Assembly (NCBI GenBank): GCA_965248435.1
Contig: OZ252100.1
Location: forward strand, 1,632,001 to 1,696,000
DNA length: 64,000 bases
Direction of reading: 5' to 3'
DNA from: Candidatus Latescibacterota bacterium
Lineage (GTDB): Bacteria; Latescibacterota; UBA2968; GCA-2709665
Shown: piece by piece, positions 59,549 through 64,000 of the stretch
Layout: every line of letters begins with the position of its first letter
How positions within the stretch are numbered: position 1 is the first letter of the stretch
Translations under genes and position numbers: made by a program
The notes under the pieces: model-generated
Databases searched by the model: none
Told to the model about the DNA's origin: nothing
What the model saw: the letters and a program-made list of their open reading frames with translations, nothing else

Positions 59549-60774
59549 CCATGATCTCCGATAACACCGAGGGTCACTTTGATTCGCTCGCGTTCGAGCG
59601 GTTTCCTTTCATCACTGGGATGCGAACGGACCCGGAGCCGCTGAAGGGAATTCCCTCATTTCTTCCATTCCACCTCAACTACGAACCGCGTGGGGGTTTT
59701 GCGGCCCAAAAGGCAGGTCCCGGTGTGCGCGCGGCCCTTCTGATGGCTTACAAGACAGGATCCATGTTGTCGACGCCCCTCGGCGAAGGGAGTTTAAACG
59801 ACGCGCTCTCTCGTGAAATCCTAGCGCTCATTGCCGAAGCCTGTGGCGGGATCGGTGGGCGCAGGTTCTTTGAGCCGGGCTGTGGGAGAGGGGCGTTGCT
59901 CAAATCACTTCTGGACGAGGGTGCTTCTGCGGCTGACGGCTGCGAGCCAGGCCTTCAGGCGAAGGAGATCACGCAGCGAGAAAGTATGCGTGTCCAGCGG
60001 GAGTTCTTCGGAGAATCCGTCTACAAATCGGATTACGACTGTATATTTCACTATGGCGTGCTTGAGCACGTGGAAGAGCCGGCGGATTTCCTCTACGCGA
60101 ACGCACAGCTTCTAAAGACCGGTGGAACGGTCTTTGTGGCCGTCCCAGGATGCGAGCTGGACTTCGCACTGGGGAATTTCATGGTATTGGCTCACGAACA
60201 CTTGTCATATTTCACTGAATATTCCCTTCGTAGGATGATGTCGGCCGTCGGACTGCAGAACATCAGAACATGCACACTTTCATACAGTCACGGCATACTA
60301 TGTGCGTGGGGAGTACACGGGGATGATCCACGCCCTTCTCGGATCCTTACTTCCATGAACCACGAAGATTCCAGCCTCTTCCAAACATTCGTTCAGAAAA
60401 GCAAGACCCTTCTTGAAAAGCTTCAGAGTCGAGCAAACGCGCTTGCCGCCCGGGGCAAAACACTTGGCCTCTACGGCGTACCTCGCGCTCTACCGGGTCT
60501 ATTGGAGACCGGTGTTCCGCCAAGAATCTTCGACGGTGACTCTGCTAAACACGGAGCCTACTTCAGTGGCTCGCCAAACCCAGTAGAACCGCCCGATGAG
60601 TTGATACAGAACCCTGTCGATGAGCTCTGGATCCTGCCGATCCATCACGATCGAGCAATCCGCGACTACCTGGACGATGAGATTCTCCCCAATGCCAAAA
60701 TAAGTGTATTGTCCGTAATGGACTTCGCCAAAATGATCCGAGATAATCGACTTCCGGAGAGCACCTATGTCTGA
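59545..60774 (+). CDS. Class I SAM-dependent methyltransferase (sugar C/O-methyltransferase-like)
   Basis: EPGCG.G, G.EP, VLEHV..P and HEH..YF; C-terminal ..YG/D...K.G segment. Confidence 0.8.
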   Translation: MTMISDNTEGHFDSLAFERFPFITGMRTDPEPLKGIPSFLPFHLNYEPRGGFAAQKAGPGVRAALLMAYKTGSMLSTPLGEGSLNDALSREILALIAEACGGIGGRRFFEPGCGRGALLKSLLDEGASAADGCEPGLQAKEITQRESMRVQREFFGESVYKSDYDCIFHYGVLEHVEEPADFLYANAQLLKTGGTVFVAVPGCELDFALGNFMVLAHEHLSYFTEYSLRRMMSAVGLQNIRTCTLSYSHGILCAWGVHGDDPRPSRILTSMNHEDSSLFQTFVQKSKTLLEKLQSRANALAARGKTLGLYGVPRALPGLLETGVPPRIFDGDSAKHGAYFSGSPNPVEPPDELIQNPVDELWILPIHHDRAIRDYLDDEILPNAKISVLSVMDFAKMIRDNRLPESTYV

Positions 60775-61870
60775 CTACGGAAAACCTCTGTATGTGGATA
60801 GGCTGAATTACTGCAAGCGCTGCTGCCTTCCTGAGACGGTCGAGGGCATCAAGTTCGATGAGATGGGCTTCTGTCAGGCCTGCCAGTCCTCCGAGCACAA
60901 GATGCACATGGACTGGACTGAAAGGGAGAAAGCTTTGCGGGAAATTCTGGAGTTCCACAAATCGCGGAGCGGAACCAACTACGATTGCATTGTCCCCGTT
61001 AGTGGCGGAAAGGACAGCGCTTTCCAACTTCACGTAATCGTTAAGGTCTACGGAATGAAACCGCTGGCCGTCACCCACAACCAGGGCCACGGGTGGCAGT
61101 CGGAAATCGGTAAGTTCAATCTCGAAAACATCCTCACAAAACTCAATGTCGATCACATTATGTTTACTCCTAGCTCGGACCTGGTTCGAAGAATCTCGCG
61201 AAGATCACTGGACACGATCGGCGATGCATGCTGGCATTGTCACGCAGGGATCGGAGCCTTCCCCTTACAGATCGCGGTCAAGTTCAACATCCCACTCATC
61301 ATCTGGGGGGAATCGGTCGCCGAGACGTCAGGGCGGGCGACCCATCTCGATCCGATCAAGTTCGACAGAGACTATTTGATGCGAGAGTCAATCAAGGTTG
61401 TGCCCAAGAAGATGGCTTGCGCGGACCTGTCTGAACGCGACCTGTCGCCCTACAACCTTCCATCGGCTGAAGAACTGGAAAGGGTCGGCGTCACTGGAAT
61501 CTATCTGGGCAATTACATCTTTTGGGACGAGGAGAGGCAGATGGAATTCCTGCAGGCCGAGTACGGCTGGCGGGACGGCTACGTCGAGGGCGCCTACAAA
61601 AGGTACAAGAGTGTGGAATGCCGGATGGCGGGCATCCACGACTATACGAAATTTCTGAAGCGCGGCTTCGGTCGCGGCACTGACCAGGCGAGTCTAGATG
61701 TGAGGAATGGACTTCTGACACAGGAAGAAGGTTTCGAGCTGGCCAAGAAGGTCGACGCAGAAAAACCTGGGATGCTTAAAGAATATCTGAAGATCGTGGA
61801 TCTCGAAGAGAGAGAGCTAGAGCACATCATCAAGAGCCAGAGAACCGGTAAAGCGAAACTCCTGCCTTGA
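60767..61870 (+). CDS. N-acetyl sugar amidotransferase (PseA/WbuX family) 2
   Basis: YCKRC, C.AC, YDCIVPVSGGKDS, GDACWHCH, WGE and KRGFGRGTD. Confidence 0.88.
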   Translation: MSDYGKPLYVDRLNYCKRCCLPETVEGIKFDEMGFCQACQSSEHKMHMDWTEREKALREILEFHKSRSGTNYDCIVPVSGGKDSAFQLHVIVKVYGMKPLAVTHNQGHGWQSEIGKFNLENILTKLNVDHIMFTPSSDLVRRISRRSLDTIGDACWHCHAGIGAFPLQIAVKFNIPLIIWGESVAETSGRATHLDPIKFDRDYLMRESIKVVPKKMACADLSERDLSPYNLPSAEELERVGVTGIYLGNYIFWDEERQMEFLQAEYGWRDGYVEGAYKRYKSVECRMAGIHDYTKFLKRGFGRGTDQASLDVRNGLLTQEEGFELAKKVDAEKPGMLKEYLKIVDLEERELEHIIKSQRTGKAKLLP

Positions 61871-61879
61871 GATATCCGA

Positions 61880-63241
61880 ATGTCTGAACCCTGCCTCCAA
61901 TCGGCAAAGGATCTGATCGACCAGGTCTGTTCCCACAGGATGAGCGTTCGAGAAGTGGTCGAATCCCATCTTGATCGGATATCGCTGCTTGACGAGTCTG
62001 TCGAGGCCTGGGCGTGGTTGGATACGAACAGAGCCCTGGTCAACGCCGATAGAATTGACAGAGAAATCGCTGACGGATCCTTTCGAGGTGACCTCTTCGG
62101 AGTTCCTGTTGGGATCAAAGATATCTTCAATACTGAGGATATGCCGACCGGGATGGGAAGTCCCATTTGGGAGGGATTTACTGCTGGTAACGATGCCAGA
62201 GTGGTGTTCTACCTTCGGCGTCAAGGAGGCATCTTTCCTGGAAAGACGGTAACGGCAGAGTTTGCCGTTCAAGCCCCCGGAAAGACGAGGAATCCACATA
62301 ATTCTGAATATTCACCGGGCACCTCGTCGAGCGGCTCTGCCGCAGCCGTAGCAAGCTGCATGGTCCCGTTGGCTATCGGCACCCAGACCGCCGGATCTAT
62401 CTGCCGTCCCGCCAGCTATTGTGGCGTCTATGGATTCAAGCCTTCCTTCGGTCTGGTTCCGCGAACCGGTGTCCTGAAGACAACCGACACAATGGATACC
62501 GTCGGGGGCTTCGCTAGAACGCCCGAGGACCTTCGCATCCTGTTTGATGTCATTCGGGTGCACGGGGCAAACTTCCCCATCGGCTTCGAGGCCTTATCCG
62601 ATCCATCACGCCAGGAAAGAGGAGATCGTCCGTGGCGGATTGCCGTCGATTCACACTTGAATGAGCGTTTCAGCCTTCCTTACGCTTACGAAGCCCTCCT
62701 ATTGCTGCTGGACGAAATCGAAGGCCACCCGGAAGTCGAACTCTACGAAAGGCCTCTGCCGGAGCTGTTCAATCATGCCCACGAAATCCATACAACCATC
62801 TACGAAAAGTGCCTCTCCTACTACTTCAAGAAGGAGTTTGGCGACACAGAATTCATAAGCCCCATTATCCACGAGATGATCGATCGCGGAAGCTGCGTGT
62901 CCGTGGAAGACTATGAACGGGCGCTGTCACGTCAGATCGAAATGTCGCGAATGCTGGACGAGTATTTCTCAGACATCGACGCGATTCTCACGCTTACGAC
63001 TCAGGGCATCGCTCCAAAGTACTCGGAGCCGGACCTCCCTGATACCTGTTTGACGTGGACGCTGTGCGGTGCGCCGGTCGCAAGCATTCCGATCTTTCGG
63101 GGCCCCGACTCCATGCCATTTGGCCTTCAAGCCGTCGGCAGGAAGTATAACGACTACCTGCTGCTCAAGTTCGCTGAGTTTGCATCCACAATCAGGCCTG
63201 CGCTGGAGCCAATCATTGCGAACACGACGGCGGCTGCATAA
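61880..63241 (+). CDS. Amidase signature family enzyme (GatA-like)
   Basis: GVPVGIKD, GKT.T.EFA, PG.SSSGSAAAVA and GTQT.GSI.RPASYCG. Confidence 0.9.
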   Translation: MSEPCLQSAKDLIDQVCSHRMSVREVVESHLDRISLLDESVEAWAWLDTNRALVNADRIDREIADGSFRGDLFGVPVGIKDIFNTEDMPTGMGSPIWEGFTAGNDARVVFYLRRQGGIFPGKTVTAEFAVQAPGKTRNPHNSEYSPGTSSSGSAAAVASCMVPLAIGTQTAGSICRPASYCGVYGFKPSFGLVPRTGVLKTTDTMDTVGGFARTPEDLRILFDVIRVHGANFPIGFEALSDPSRQERGDRPWRIAVDSHLNERFSLPYAYEALLLLLDEIEGHPEVELYERPLPELFNHAHEIHTTIYEKCLSYYFKKEFGDTEFISPIIHEMIDRGSCVSVEDYERALSRQIEMSRMLDEYFSDIDAILTLTTQGIAPKYSEPDLPDTCLTWTLCGAPVASIPIFRGPDSMPFGLQAVGRKYNDYLLLKFAEFASTIRPALEPIIANTTAAA

Positions 63242-63262
63242 ACCGCTGTAGAAGAGGAGCCG

Positions 63263-63814
63263 ATGGATTTAAAGTTCCTGGAGACCCAACGTCTGATTCT
63301 ACGGGGCCTTTGTTCTACCGATGCAAATCAGGAGTACCTTGCCTGGTTGAACGACCCCGACGTCCTGAGGTTCCGTGGGCCAAAGGCCTATCCAAGTGAC
63401 ATCGATGGACTCAAAGCATACATCGAGGGTATATCAGGCCGCGGCGATCTGGTGCTTGCCATCTGTCTCAAGAGCGGCGGAAGACACATCGGGAATATCG
63501 CTCTGAATACGATTCAGTGGATTCACCGATCGGCAGAATTGTCTATGATGATCGGTGCGAAAGATGTATGGGGTCAGGGTTATGCAAAGGAGGCGATTCA
63601 CGCAGTGTGTGGTCACGCGATCTTGTCAATGGGACTGTGTCGGGTTTGGGCGGAATCACCGAATCCAGCGTTCAATCGAGCCGTTGAATCCCTAGGCTGG
63701 AAGCACGAAGGAACGAAGCGAGACGCCTTCCTTCTGGACGGCAAGCTTATCAATATCAAGTGCTACAGTATCCTGAAGCGGGAGTTTGCTCCTCGGCCTG
63801 AGTTCGCTCCATGA
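63263..63814 (+). CDS. RimL-type GNAT N-acetyltransferase
   Basis: LET.RL.LR, WLND, HIGNI.L, WGQGYA.EA and G...EG. Confidence 0.85.
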   Translation: MDLKFLETQRLILRGLCSTDANQEYLAWLNDPDVLRFRGPKAYPSDIDGLKAYIEGISGRGDLVLAICLKSGGRHIGNIALNTIQWIHRSAELSMMIGAKDVWGQGYAKEAIHAVCGHAILSMGLCRVWAESPNPAFNRAVESLGWKHEGTKRDAFLLDGKLINIKCYSILKREFAPRPEFAP

Positions 63815-64000
63815 TTACGACCACGATCGATGGCGGCTGTTTCGCTGGTCACGATACAGAAACGGGATTCACCTACCCGGTAGATGCCCTGCTGAGGGAC
63901 TTCGACCGCATTGGAATTTCCAGCGGGCTAGTCTCATCTTATCGAAGCATTTATTACGACATTTGGGAGGGGAATCGCGAAGCTGCGCGATGGGCGGACA
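63811..64000 (+). CDS. Probable amidohydrolase (5' part only; runs out of the window)
   Basis: ATGA overlap with the GNAT stop; MITTTIDGGCFAG...LL.DFDRIGIS.GLV...GN.E resembles Amidohydro_2 N-termini. Confidence 0.5.
   Translation, partial: MITTTIDGGCFAGHDTETGFTYPVDALLRDFDRIGISSGLVSSYRSIYYDIWEGNREAARWAD

Noticed and set aside
1-64000. CRISPR arrays, tRNA/rRNA genes, prophage or canonical defence systems
   Set aside because: No regularly spaced direct repeats, tRNA cloverleaf, rRNA or phage/cas genes seen by eye; a computational scan would be needed to exclude them fully.

Overview
GC-rich bacterial chromosomal segment. The gene content (dockerin-like DxDGDGKVGFLDF modules, sulfatase, Gfo/Idh/MocA enzyme) is suggestive of a Latescibacterota-like organism, but that is inference only. 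Bases 1-42.4 kb hold mostly housekeeping and catabolic genes: a sugar oxidoreductase/isomerase/kinase/aminotransferase operon with a divergent sulfatase, an SplB-like radical SAM gene with a GAAC-N4-GTTC LexA-type box, a TMTC-like glycosyltransferase, uvrB-nadC-birA-coaX, purB, a sigma28-type flagellin, a fliL/MEMO-AMMECR1 fusion/XPB-associated WYL gene string, two dockerin-like secreted proteins, tenA, ltaE-folD, two Zn dehydrogenases and mdh. From about 42.4 kb to the end lies a visibly less GC-rich surface-glycan island. It encodes an ABC flippase, pseB/C/G-H/I, two SpsF cytidylyltransferases and two N-acetyl-sugar amidotransferases. It also carries a PKS-like acyl-tailoring module (DUF4910, AAC(3)-FkbH fusion, MaoC, SDR-ACP, two methyltransferases), an amidase and a GNAT. 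pseC is frameshifted and the AAC(3)-FkbH gene is split by an IS30 element. The best novelty candidates are the glyceryl/lactyl-ACP nonulosonate acylation module, an unannotated structured RNA at about 9.23-9.44 kb behind a sigma28-like promoter, and the fliL-MEMO/AMMECR1-WYL operon. All calls come from motif recognition by eye; no database searches were run.
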